Assembly: GCA_963667405.1 (NCBI GenBank)
Contig: OY763408.1
Coordinates: 579,757 to 643,756, forward strand
Reading direction: 5' to 3'
Length of the DNA: 64,000 bases
Source: an uncultured Sphaerochaeta sp.
GTDB lineage: Bacteria > Spirochaetota > Spirochaetia > Sphaerochaetales > Sphaerochaetaceae
The first letter of the stretch is position 1. Each line of letters starts with the position of its first letter. The position numbers and the translations under genes are program-made. The notes under the pieces were generated by a model. The model did not search any database and had not been told where the DNA came from. It saw nothing but the letters and a program-made list of their open reading frames with translations. Positions 9,047 to 18,164 of this stretch are shown here, one piece after another.

Positions 9047-10429
9047 TCAGGCAATGAAGATATCCCAATAGCCCTTGAGGAAGATCCCAAGGATGATGGC
9101 AGGCAGGATGAACTTGAAGTAAAACTGCAGTGCTCTCGGGAATTTCAAGCCTACGCCGCTATCTGCTTCAGAGAGAAAATTATCCCAGCCCCAACCATAT
9201 TTCCAGGTACAGTAGAGAGTAAAAATCAACGAACCCAGAGGAAGCAGCGTGGAACTTACCACAAAGTCCTCAAGATCGAGTACTCCTGTTCCCGGTCCAA
9301 GCGGTTGGAAGGACGACCAGAGATTGAATCCCAAAACACAAGGAATGCTCAGGATTGCAATCGCGATTGCATTGAACAGGACTGCTTTCTTTCTGCTCAT
9401 ACCCATGGTGTCGATCCAGAAGCTGATGATGTTCTCGAAGACGGCGATGAGGGTGCTCAGTGCGGCAAAGCTCATGAAGAGGAAGAACAGGCTTCCCCAG
9501 AAGCGGCCGCCGGCCATCTGGTTGAAGATGTTGGGAAGGGTGATGAAGATCAGGGATGGACCGGCATCAGGCTGGATGCCGAAAGCAAACGCCGCCGGGA
9601 AAATGATCAGGCCGCTGCACAGTGCAACAAAGGTATCGAGACTGATGATGCGTACCGCTTCTCCGGTGAGCCTGTTCTCCTTGCCGATGTAGCTGCCGAA
9701 AATTGCGATGCTTCCGATACCAAGGCTCAACGTGAAGAAGGCCTGGCCCATCGCCGCATAGATGGCAGAGAACAGTCCGCTTTCGGCCATGCGGGAGAAA
9801 TCGGGAATAAGGTAGAACTTCAGGCCTTCAGAACCACCCTTGAGCAGGAGGCTGTTGAATGCCAGGACGATCATGAGGGCCAAGAGGCCGATCATCATGA
9901 ACTTGGTGATCTTCTCAACACCACTTTGCAGTCCTTTCGCCACCGGGAGGAAGCCAAGCACGACGGCGATGAGCATCCAAACGGTCATGGACAGGGGATT
10001 CTCAAGCATACCCCCGAAGAATGAGCCGACACCCGAGGCATCAAGCCCGCTGAAGTCACCTTTGACCATATGTACAAGATAGGAGAGCAACCAGCCGGTG
10101 ATGGTGGTGTAGAACATCATCAGCACATAGTTGCCGACGATGGCCAGTTTGCCGTAGACCTGCCAAGGTTTCTTGGCAGGGGTCAGCTTTGTCATCGCAA
10201 GGCCGATGTTCTGTTTGCTGGCCCTTCCGATGGATAACTCCATTACCATGACCGGGAGACCGAGAATGATCAAAAAGAGTATGTAGATCAGGACGAAAGC
10301 CGCCCCTCCATACCGTCCTGTGATGAAGGGGAATCTCCAGACGTTCCCCAATCCGATGGCACATCCTGCAGAGAGGAGGATGAACCCAAGTCTGCTGCCC
10401 AGAGTCTCACGAGCTGTGTTTTCTTTCAT
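9047..10429 (-). CDS. Sodium-dependent transporter, SNF (neurotransmitter:sodium symporter) family
   Basis: GSRLGFILLSAGCAIGLGNVWRFPFITGRYGGAAF is the NSS signature. Start reset to MKENTARE (ATG 10429). The track start at 10582 is an over-extension. Confidence 0.9.
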   Translation of the reverse strand: MKENTARETLGSRLGFILLSAGCAIGLGNVWRFPFITGRYGGAAFVLIYILFLIILGLPVMVMELSIGRASKQNIGLAMTKLTPAKKPWQVYGKLAIVGNYVLMMFYTTITGWLLSYLVHMVKGDFSGLDASGVGSFFGGMLENPLSMTVWMLIAVVLGFLPVAKGLQSGVEKITKFMMIGLLALMIVLAFNSLLLKGGSEGLKFYLIPDFSRMAESGLFSAIYAAMGQAFFTLSLGIGSIAIFGSYIGKENRLTGEAVRIISLDTFVALCSGLIIFPAAFAFGIQPDAGPSLIFITLPNIFNQMAGGRFWGSLFFLFMSFAALSTLIAVFENIISFWIDTMGMSRKKAVLFNAIAIAILSIPCVLGFNLWSSFQPLGPGTGVLDLEDFVVSSTLLPLGSLIFTLYCTWKYGWGWDNFLSEADSGVGLKFPRALQFYFKFILPAIILGIFLKGYWDIFIA

Positions 10430-10610
10430 ACCGATGCTGTTCTCACTTTCCTGTGGTGTAGATGATTGTCCGGAAAAAAACAATCGAAGTATTGTAGGGG
10501 GAGTGAGGTAAAAAATGCAACCGGAATGTGATAAATGCAGCAACTCAATTGACAGAGCCGCCTCACAAGGGCAAGATACCACTTAAGAAAGCATGCAAGA
10601 GGTGAAAGTG

Positions 10611-12140
10611 ATGGCCAATTTGAGAGCATTGCAGGCGTACTTGGCAAACAATACGCAGGTTAGTGAGGCTATGGTCGCCTATACGGCGTCCCTTCAGCAA
10701 ATCGCAGATGTCGACACGCAGGTTGCCGCCCGCATCGTCAATGAGCTGGCAGATCAGAGAACCCACCTGAAATTGATTGCCAGTGAGAACTTCTCCTCGA
10801 TCAACAGCCAGCTGGCCATGGGGAATCTTTTGACTGACAAGTACAGCGAGGGGTTTGCCTATCACCGCTTTTATGCAGGATGCGACAACGTTGATGCCAT
10901 CGAGGCTCTTGCCTGCGACTATGCCTGCAAGCTGTTCGGAGCAGAACACGCGTATGTACAACCGCATAGCGGAGCTGATGCCAATCTTGTCGCATACTGG
11001 GCCATTCTCAATGCCCGCGTGCAGGTGCCCTTGCTCGCTGAGCTCGGAGTAACCAATCCTAGTGAAATGAGTCGGGAAATGTGGAACCAGGTTCGTGAGA
11101 AACTGGGCAACCAAAGAATCCTCGGCCTCGATTACTACTCAGGCGGACATTTGACCCATGGTTACCGCCAGAACGTCTCTGCACAGATGTTTGATGCATA
11201 CTCCTACTCGGTTGATGAGAAGAGTGGGTATCTGGATTATGATGAGATTGAAAGGCTGGCAAATGAGATTCGTCCTTTGATCCTCCTGGCCGGTTACAGT
11301 GCCTATCCGCGCAAGATCGATTTCAAGCGCATGGCCGATATTGCCCATAGTGTGGGTGCAGTGTTCATGGTGGACATGGCCCACTTTGCCGGCCTCGTGG
11401 CTGGCAAGGTTTTCTGTGATGAGTACAATCCTGTCCTGTGGGCGGATGTGGTCACCACCACCACCCACAAGACGCTGCGTGGTCCTCGTGGTGGCATGGT
11501 CCTGTGCAAACAGGAGTTTGCCGAGAGTGTCGACAAGGGCTGCCCCCTGGTCATCGGAGGTCCGCTCCCCCATGTGATGGCTGCCAAGGCCATTGCCTTC
11601 AAGGAAGCTCTCGATCCTTCCTTTGCCGAGTATGCACAGCGCATCGTGAAGAACTCCGCCGCATTGGCAAAAGCCTGCATTGCAGAAGGCATCACCGTTG
11701 CGACCGGCGGTACCGACAACCATCTGATGCTCTTGGATGTTCGTTCCTTCGGCCTGAACGGCCGTCAGGCAGAGAGTGCACTTCGTGAGTGTGGTGTGAC
11801 GCTGAACAGGAATGCACTTCCCTTTGATCCCAATGGCCCCTGGTACACCAGCGGATTGCGCATCGGGACTCCCGCAGTAACCACGCTGGGTATGGGAGAA
11901 GAGCAGATGGCAGAGATTGCCTCGATCATAGCCATGGTTCTCAAGCATACCAAGCCTTTGGTTTTGACGAAGGGAGAGAAAGCAGGCCAGCTCAGCAAGG
12001 CGAAGGCAGTTACGGATCCGGCGGTGATGCAGGAAGCACAAAACCGCGTTCTTTCGTTGCTTGATCGGTTCAAGCTCTACCCAGAGTTGGATTTAGCGTT
12101 CCTAAGCAAGTACTTTCCCCTCGACAACAGTGCAAGGTGA
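10611..12140 (+). CDS. glyA: Serine hydroxymethyltransferase (long form)
   Basis: LIASENF, YAGC, the PLP-lysine motif TTTTHKTLRGPRGG, and GGTDNHLMLLD. ATG 10611 has GAGGTGA 7 nt upstream; ATG 10593 is an alternative start. Confidence 0.93.
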   Translation: MANLRALQAYLANNTQVSEAMVAYTASLQQIADVDTQVAARIVNELADQRTHLKLIASENFSSINSQLAMGNLLTDKYSEGFAYHRFYAGCDNVDAIEALACDYACKLFGAEHAYVQPHSGADANLVAYWAILNARVQVPLLAELGVTNPSEMSREMWNQVREKLGNQRILGLDYYSGGHLTHGYRQNVSAQMFDAYSYSVDEKSGYLDYDEIERLANEIRPLILLAGYSAYPRKIDFKRMADIAHSVGAVFMVDMAHFAGLVAGKVFCDEYNPVLWADVVTTTTHKTLRGPRGGMVLCKQEFAESVDKGCPLVIGGPLPHVMAAKAIAFKEALDPSFAEYAQRIVKNSAALAKACIAEGITVATGGTDNHLMLLDVRSFGLNGRQAESALRECGVTLNRNALPFDPNGPWYTSGLRIGTPAVTTLGMGEEQMAEIASIIAMVLKHTKPLVLTKGEKAGQLSKAKAVTDPAVMQEAQNRVLSLLDRFKLYPELDLAFLSKYFPLDNSAR

Positions 12141-12171
12141 TGGTAGCATTGACGTTGGTTGGAGGTCCAGG

Positions 12172-12555
12172 ATGAGTAAGATAGTGCAGGATTTGCGGTA
12201 TAGCAAGGATCATGAATGGGTCCGTATCGAAGGTGAGAAAGCCTACGTGGGAATCACCGACCATGCACAGCATGAATTGGGTGAAATAGTCTTCGTTGAG
12301 TTGCCGCCTCTCGGGGAACGGTATGCCAAGGGGGAGGAGATTTCCACCGTTGAAAGCGTAAAGGCTGCATCGGCCATCCTGAATCCCCTTGAAGGAAAGG
12401 TCCTTGAGGCAAATGAGGACCTTGATGGGTCGCCTGAGCTGATCAATGAGGACTGCTATGCACATCATTTGTATGTTCTGACAGACTGCAAACTGGATGA
12501 CTACCATGCCCTGATGGATGCCAAAGGCTACGAAGCCTACCTGAACACACTTTGA
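12172..12555 (+). CDS. gcvH: Glycine cleavage system H protein
   Basis: YSKDHEWVRIEGEKAYVGITDHAQHELGEIVFVELP and the lipoyl-lysine motif VESVKAAS. GGAGG lies 6 nt before ATG 12172. Confidence 0.93.
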   Translation: MSKIVQDLRYSKDHEWVRIEGEKAYVGITDHAQHELGEIVFVELPPLGERYAKGEEISTVESVKAASAILNPLEGKVLEANEDLDGSPELINEDCYAHHLYVLTDCKLDDYHALMDAKGYEAYLNTL

Positions 12556-12565
12556 TCGTCAGCAG

Positions 12566-12592
12566 ATGCCGCCGTGATGGCGGCATTGCTTT
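12566..12592 (+). terminator. Intra-operon hairpin after gcvH (partial terminator or RNA stabiliser)
   Basis: ATGCCGCC (12566-12573) pairs with GGCGGCAT (12579-12586) around a 5-nt loop and is followed by TGCTTTG. It lies between gcvH and gcvPA. Confidence 0.35.
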
Positions 12593-12613
12593 GTCCGTAT
12601 ACCGGAGGTAACC

Positions 12614-13969
12614 ATGGTATATCCCTATATTCCCCACACCGAAGAGGACCGCAAGATGATGCTCTCCTCCATTGGGTTGCAGTCGATCGACCAGCTCTTC
12701 GAGGGGCTGGGAGAGGAGTTGCAGCTTTCCGATTCCGTTCCGATCAGCCACGGAAGAACCGAAGATGAAGTCCAGCGAATGATCGATTCCATTGCGCAAA
12801 GAAACGTACGGGGCATCCCCTTCCTTGGATGCGGCTGTTACGACCATATCATTCCCGCTACGGTGAAGTCTCTCTCATCCCTTCCCTCCTTTGTCACTGC
12901 CTACACTCCTTACCAAGCCGAAATGAGCCAAGGGCTCTTGCAGGCGATCTATGAGTTTCAGAGCATGATTTGCGAAATCACCGGCATGGATGTTGCGAAT
13001 GCTTCCCTTTACGACGGTTCTCATGCCGCAAGTGAGGCCGCCAGCCTGATGATCGGCGCAAAACGCAAATCCTCTACGGTGCTGGTCTCCAGCACCATCC
13101 ATCCCTTCATCCTGGCAGTGCTCACCACTTGGGCGAAGGGGACCGACAGGACAATACGGATACTCAAAGAGAAGGAAGGGGTGGTGGATCTTTCCATTCT
13201 GGATGCAGAGCTTGACGAAAGCTGTGCAGGTCTCATCGTCCAGAGCCCGAACCGCTACGGCCTGTTGGAAGACTACAGTTCTGTTTCCGAAACCTTGCAC
13301 AGCCATGGGTGCCTGTTTGCCATCCTGAGCGACCCCTTGTCGCTTGCGATCCAGAAAAGCCAGGCGGAGTGGGGTGCCGATATCGCCATCGGGGACACCC
13401 AATCGCTTGGCTTGCCGTTGGCCTTCGGCGGACCTTCCTGCGGTTATATGGCGGTGACTGAGAGCCTGATGCGCCGCATCCCCGGTCGTATCGTGGGCGC
13501 TACCACCGATGCACAGGGAAGGAGAGGGTTCACCCTCACCCTGCAGGCCCGGGAACAACACATCAAGCGTGAGCGAGCGACCAGCAATGTATGTTCCAAC
13601 CAAGCCCTTGCGGCATTGATGACCACCATCCATCTCTCTTCGCTGGGGTGGTCGGGCATGGTGGAAGCGGCCAACCAAAGCTATGCAAAGGCACACTATC
13701 TTGCCTATCATCTTGCCCAGCTTCCCGGTATCACCCTGATATGGGACAAGCCCTTCTGGTGTGAGTTTCCCCTGGTGTTCTCAGATGCCAAGAAGATGCG
13801 CAAGTTCCTGCAGGAACTGCGCAACGAAGGTATCTTTGCAGGAGTCAGGCTTGCAGCCTTGACGAGGCAAGCCAAGGATGAGCTGGTTCTGCTCGTGGCA
13901 GTGACCGAGAAGCGCAGCCGAGAGGAACTTGAGCTCTATCTCGCTGCAGCACGGAGGGTGATGAAATGA
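12614..13969 (+). CDS. gcvPA: Glycine dehydrogenase (decarboxylating) subunit 1
   Basis: 451 aa. YIPHTEEDRKMMLSSIG, TAYTPYQAEMSQGLLQAIYEFQSMI and the context are typical of the split P-protein alpha subunit. Confidence 0.95.
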   Translation: MVYPYIPHTEEDRKMMLSSIGLQSIDQLFEGLGEELQLSDSVPISHGRTEDEVQRMIDSIAQRNVRGIPFLGCGCYDHIIPATVKSLSSLPSFVTAYTPYQAEMSQGLLQAIYEFQSMICEITGMDVANASLYDGSHAASEAASLMIGAKRKSSTVLVSSTIHPFILAVLTTWAKGTDRTIRILKEKEGVVDLSILDAELDESCAGLIVQSPNRYGLLEDYSSVSETLHSHGCLFAILSDPLSLAIQKSQAEWGADIAIGDTQSLGLPLAFGGPSCGYMAVTESLMRRIPGRIVGATTDAQGRRGFTLTLQAREQHIKRERATSNVCSNQALAALMTTIHLSSLGWSGMVEAANQSYAKAHYLAYHLAQLPGITLIWDKPFWCEFPLVFSDAKKMRKFLQELRNEGIFAGVRLAALTRQAKDELVLLVAVTEKRSREELELYLAAARRVMK

Positions 13970-15417
13970 GTGAACCATTGTTGATTGATATGTCCAAGAT
14001 CGGGCGCAAGGCCTACTGTTTCCCTCCTCTGGATCTTCCCCGTGGATTCGACCAGGCACTGCCGTCGCTTCCCGCCTCCCTGAGCAGGCAGAAGCCTGCA
14101 CGTCTTCCCGAGGTGGCGGAACTTGACGTGGTGCGGCATTTCACCCGGCTGTCAAACCTGGTGCATGGGGTGGACAACGGCATGTACCCGCTTGGATCGT
14201 GTACCATGAAGTACAACCCCAAGATTGCCGAGCATATTGCCGGCATGAGTGAGTTTACCCAGATACACCCCCTGCAGGATATCTCCACAGTCCAAGGCTG
14301 TCTTTCGGTCATGTACAACCTGCTGGAAGACCTCTCCTCCATCACCGGCATGAGCTGGGGGACCCTGCAACCCTGTGCAGGTGCCCATGGCGAGTATACC
14401 GGGCTGAAGATGATCCGAGCCTACTTCCTCAAGCAGGGAGAAAGCAAGAGAAACAAGGTCCTGATACCGGTCAGCGCCCATGGGACCAATCCTGCCAGCG
14501 CTGCGGTGAATGGGTTTGATGTGGTCAGCGTTGCAAGTGATGAGCGCGGCTTGGTGGATCTTGAGGACCTTGCTTCAAAGCTTGATGATTCGGTGGCAGC
14601 CCTGATGCTGACCAACCCCAACACGCTTGGACTCTTTGAGCAGGATATCCTGGTCATCTCCCGCATGGTGCATGATGTGGGGGCATTGCTCTATTACGAT
14701 GGGGCAAACCTGAATGCCATCCTTGGCATGGCTACCCCGGGTGACATGGGTTTTGACGTTCTGCATCTCAATCTGCACAAGACGTTCTCCACACCGCATG
14801 GCGGTGGCGGTCCCGGCAGTGGGCCGGTCATGGTGAACACCCGCCTCAGACCGTTCCTTCCCAAGCCGGACATTGAACTGACTGACAGTGGGTATGTCTA
14901 TCATTGGGAGAACGAGGATTCCATAGGAAAGGTGAGCATGTTCTGGGGAAACTTCCTGGTCCTGCTCAGGGCCTATGTATATATCCTCAGGATGGGCAGC
15001 GAAGGACTCAGGGCGGCAAGCCGCCATGCAGTCCTGAATGCCAACTATCTTGCTGCAAAGCTGGCACCAGTGCTGCGCATCCCGTATGGGAAACACTGCA
15101 TGCATGAGTTTGTGGTCAGTTGTTCTGACCTGTTGCAGCAGTATGGGGTGAGTGCCCAGGATATCGCCAAAGCCCTTATTGATGAAGGATATCATCCCCC
15201 TACCATGTACTTCCCATCGCTTGTCAGCGAGGCGCTTATGATCGAGCCCACCGAAAGTGAAAGCGTGGAAAGCTTGGATGCCTTTGCCGAGACCCTGATC
15301 AGATTGGTCAAGCGGGCACAGGAAGATCCTGCTTCGCTGAAGGCCGCTCCGGTTACCACCGTGGTCGGTCGGCTTGATGAGGTGAAGGCGGTCAAGGAGC
15401 CCAATTTGCGCTACTGA
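13966..15417 (+). CDS. gcvPB: Glycine dehydrogenase (decarboxylating) subunit 2
   Basis: 483 aa. LGSCTMKYNPK and the PLP-lysine motif HLNLHKTFSTPHGGGGPG. 4-nt overlap with gcvPA. Confidence 0.95.
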   Translation: MSEPLLIDMSKIGRKAYCFPPLDLPRGFDQALPSLPASLSRQKPARLPEVAELDVVRHFTRLSNLVHGVDNGMYPLGSCTMKYNPKIAEHIAGMSEFTQIHPLQDISTVQGCLSVMYNLLEDLSSITGMSWGTLQPCAGAHGEYTGLKMIRAYFLKQGESKRNKVLIPVSAHGTNPASAAVNGFDVVSVASDERGLVDLEDLASKLDDSVAALMLTNPNTLGLFEQDILVISRMVHDVGALLYYDGANLNAILGMATPGDMGFDVLHLNLHKTFSTPHGGGGPGSGPVMVNTRLRPFLPKPDIELTDSGYVYHWENEDSIGKVSMFWGNFLVLLRAYVYILRMGSEGLRAASRHAVLNANYLAAKLAPVLRIPYGKHCMHEFVVSCSDLLQQYGVSAQDIAKALIDEGYHPPTMYFPSLVSEALMIEPTESESVESLDAFAETLIRLVKRAQEDPASLKAAPVTTVVGRLDEVKAVKEPNLRY

Positions 15418-15473
15418 GGACCTGAGAGCACTTTTTCTTTGCAGTCTCTTCATTGTTGGGGTATCCTTGAAGC

Positions 15474-16874
15474 ATGAAGAGACTACTGATTCAAAACGGA
15501 CTTCTTGTTGATACGGAGTGGACCAGGCATGCTGATATCCTGGTCGAGGATTCTCAGATCGTGCACATTGCCGCCTCCATTGGAGCTGATGAGGTCCCTG
15601 AGGGAACCGAAATCATCCAGGCTGAGGGGCTTTGCATCCTGCCGGGCATCATTGATGCCCATACCCACTTCCACCTGGAGAGCAGAGGTACGGTGACAGC
15701 CGACTCATTTGCCGAAGGGAGCAAGTGTGCCGCCTTTGGTGGGGTGACCACGGTCATAGATTTCGCAGATGATGACAAAAAGGGTGACCTTGCTTCCTGC
15801 AGCAAGCGGCGCATCAAAGCCATGCAGGAAGGGATGGCGGTGGACTTCTCCCTGCATCAGGGGGTGTATGCCTTCCGAGAAGGCTTGGATGAGGAGCTGG
15901 CCAACCTCAAGAAAGCAGGGGTGAGTGTCATCAAGATGTTCACCACCTACAAGAATGTCGGCTATCTTGTGGAGAAGCGCGAAGAGCTGAAGGCTATATT
16001 CAGTCTTTGCAAGAAACATGATCTTCTGGTGAGTGTGCATTGTGAGGATGATGCCACCATACGGAAGGTTGACGCTACGTATGAAGGGCCCTACGATCCT
16101 GCATCCCATGCCAAGCTCAGACCCAGCGAGGCTGAAGCCCGCGGCATCGATACGGTCGGTTCCATCGCCCTTGAGTTGGATATGCCCTTGTATGTGGTGC
16201 ACCTATCCAGCAAGGCAGGACTGCAAAAAGTGCGCGAGCTCAGGGCGAAGGGTCTGAGGATCATCGTTGAGACAACCCCACACTACCTGTTCCTGGACAA
16301 GAGCAAACTTGAGGGTGCTGATGGTGCTCTTTATGTGATGACACCCCCGCTCAGAAGCGAGGAGGACAATCTTGCGTTGCAAGAGGCCGTGCTCAATGGT
16401 GAGATACAAGTGATTGCCACCGACCACTGTTCCTTTACCGTCGAGCAAAAGATGGCGAGCAATGACAGCAGGACCATCCTCCCAGGGATTCCCGGCACCG
16501 AGGAGATGTTGAGCCTGGTCTATTCGTTTGCAGCAAACAGCGGACGGATTGGCATTCAGCAAGTGGTGAACCTGCTGAGTACCGCCCCCGCCAAAGCCTT
16601 CGGGCTCTATCCGCGCAAGGGAGCCATCCGTGTCGGCAGTGATGCAGACCTGGTGCTCTTCGATCCGGACGAGGCGTGGACGATCAGCAGTGAGACCACC
16701 CACTCAGCCAGCGGATACACTCCCTATGAGGGTACTGAGGTACTGGGCCGGCCGATCATGACCTACCTCAGGGGAAGGTTGATCATGGGAGACGGCATCT
16801 ATCTTGGGTTGGAAGGAAATGGTGAGTACGTTCCGCAGAAGGATGTGGGACGGGGAAAAACCATCATGCATTGA
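15474..16874 (+). CDS. Dihydropyrimidinase/D-hydantoinase-family cyclic amidohydrolase
   Basis: PGIIDAHTHF metal-binding motif, VIKMFTTYK (carbamylated-Lys region), VHCED, ATDHC. 466 aa. Confidence 0.85.
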   Translation: MKRLLIQNGLLVDTEWTRHADILVEDSQIVHIAASIGADEVPEGTEIIQAEGLCILPGIIDAHTHFHLESRGTVTADSFAEGSKCAAFGGVTTVIDFADDDKKGDLASCSKRRIKAMQEGMAVDFSLHQGVYAFREGLDEELANLKKAGVSVIKMFTTYKNVGYLVEKREELKAIFSLCKKHDLLVSVHCEDDATIRKVDATYEGPYDPASHAKLRPSEAEARGIDTVGSIALELDMPLYVVHLSSKAGLQKVRELRAKGLRIIVETTPHYLFLDKSKLEGADGALYVMTPPLRSEEDNLALQEAVLNGEIQVIATDHCSFTVEQKMASNDSRTILPGIPGTEEMLSLVYSFAANSGRIGIQQVVNLLSTAPAKAFGLYPRKGAIRVGSDADLVLFDPDEAWTISSETTHSASGYTPYEGTEVLGRPIMTYLRGRLIMGDGIYLGLEGNGEYVPQKDVGRGKTIMH

Positions 16875-16893
16875 GGTAGGTACGCAACAGAAC

Positions 16894-16925
16894 ATACGGC
16901 AGCCGAATGGCTGCCGTATTTCTTG
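16894..16925 (+). terminator. Intrinsic terminator after the hydantoinase gene
   Basis: ATACGGCAGCC (16894-16904) pairs with GGCTGCCGTAT (16909-16919) around a GAAT loop; a TTCTTG tail follows. Confidence 0.6.
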
Positions 16926-16994
16926 CAGAGCAACCCTTGCCATAAATATTGTCACATTCAGTAGTTTTCACTACACTGTGAGCAAGGAGCAACC

Positions 16995-18164
16995 ATGGTC
17001 GAAGGTATTCTGTTTGATATGGATGGGGTTCTCATTGATTCCGAACCGGTGATTCTGCATGCTGCCATGTCCTACTTGGAAGGTCTGGGTGTCAAGACGA
17101 AGCCTGAGGATTTCATTCCCTTCATTGGGGCAGGCGATAAGCGCTACCTGTGTGGAGTGGCAGAGAAGTACGGCCTTCAGATTGACTTTGAGCAAGCCAA
17201 GCATCCGTTGTTCCAGCTCTATGAGACCTATGCTGTCGACCGTGGTCCCCTGCCGGGTGTCCACCGCCTGATCCGCAATGCCCGCAAGGCTGGCCTCAAG
17301 CTGGCGCTTGCCACCAGTGCCACCAGGATGAAGGCTGCCATCAACCTGAAAGCCATCGGGCTCGAGGAGTCGGATTTCGATCTGGTCGTCACCGGTGACA
17401 TGCTCAAGCGCAACAAGCCCAGCCCGGACATCTATCAGTTGGCTTCCCTGGGTATGGGGCTTCCCCCCCAGGAGTGCCTGGTCATCGAGGATGCCCTGAA
17501 TGGGGTGGTGAGTGCCAAACGTGCCGGGGCAACCGTCTGTGCCGTCAACACGAGCTTCACCGTAGGAGAGCTCTTCGACGCAGGAGCTGACTATGTGGTC
17601 AGCACGCTTGATGCATTTGAGGACTTTTCGACACATGACCAGTTCAATGCGCTCCTCGCTTCAATGAGAGGGTCTGATGAGCGGGTTGTCTATGGGGCCA
17701 ACAAGATAGTGGAAGGATCTCCTTCCCCCATGGGCCCCGATGCCCTGTTCTCCCTGCAAGTCAGTGAAGCCTATGCTGCACGCAAGAACGCATACACCCC
17801 GTATTCGCACTACAAGGTGGGGGCGTCTTTGGTCAGCAGTGCAACCAGTCGTGTCTACAGTGGTTGCAATGTGGAGAACTCAAGCTACGGTGCCACCATT
17901 TGTGCTGAGCGAAATGCCATCATCCATGCAGTTGCCTGTGAAGGCCCTCTTGGGATCAAGAGCCTGGTGGTGGTGAGTGAGGATGCTCCCCCAGCACCCC
18001 CATGTGCCCAATGCCTGCAGGTTCTTGCTGAGTTTTGCAAACCGGATACGAAAATCCACCTTGTGGATGTTGCCTTTGCTGAAGGCAGGGGAGGTGTGCA
18101 CCAGGAGTACCAATTCTCAGAGCTTCTGCCACATCCCTTCATCTTTCCCAGTATGAGGTCGTGA
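16995..18164 (+). CDS. Fusion protein: HAD-superfamily phosphatase (N-terminal) plus cytidine deaminase (C-terminal)
   Basis: HAD motifs DMDGVLIDSE, LALATSAT, KRNKPSPDIY and EDALNGV. After a linker of about 40 aa come the CDA motifs CAERNA and PCAQC. It is a single uninterrupted 389-aa frame, with AAGGAG before ATG 16995. Confidence 0.85.
   Translation: MVEGILFDMDGVLIDSEPVILHAAMSYLEGLGVKTKPEDFIPFIGAGDKRYLCGVAEKYGLQIDFEQAKHPLFQLYETYAVDRGPLPGVHRLIRNARKAGLKLALATSATRMKAAINLKAIGLEESDFDLVVTGDMLKRNKPSPDIYQLASLGMGLPPQECLVIEDALNGVVSAKRAGATVCAVNTSFTVGELFDAGADYVVSTLDAFEDFSTHDQFNALLASMRGSDERVVYGANKIVEGSPSPMGPDALFSLQVSEAYAARKNAYTPYSHYKVGASLVSSATSRVYSGCNVENSSYGATICAERNAIIHAVACEGPLGIKSLVVVSEDAPPAPPCAQCLQVLAEFCKPDTKIHLVDVAFAEGRGGVHQEYQFSELLPHPFIFPSMRS

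Noticed and set aside
10430-10610. Possible glycine or THF riboswitch in the SNF/glyA divergent region.
   Set aside because: I read both strands. Neither the glycine-aptamer conserved cores (GGAGAG...ACCGAAGGGGCAA) nor THF-aptamer features are present. There is only a 6-bp hairpin (10464-10485) and a TTGACA box. A covariance-model scan would be needed to exclude this fully.
14575-15453. 292-aa minus-strand ORF antisense to gcvPB. The same applies to 11139..12041 (antisense to glyA), 12875..13711 (gcvPA), 16971..17636 (HAD-CDA), 21007..21714 and 21796..22515 (pyrophosphatase gene), 22835..23683 and 23720..24808 (rel), 25919..27100 (prfA), 29684..30892 (kbl), 34903..36102 (phosphohexomutase), 38718..39938 (patatin), 43019..43798 (nqrF), 44375..45004 (nqrD), 46148..46624 (nqrB), 55879..56736 (potB), 57140..57796 (potA) and 60689..61405 (SBP).
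   Set aside because: Each lies opposite a gene with strong family signatures and has no motifs or RBS of its own. All are treated as shadow ORFs.
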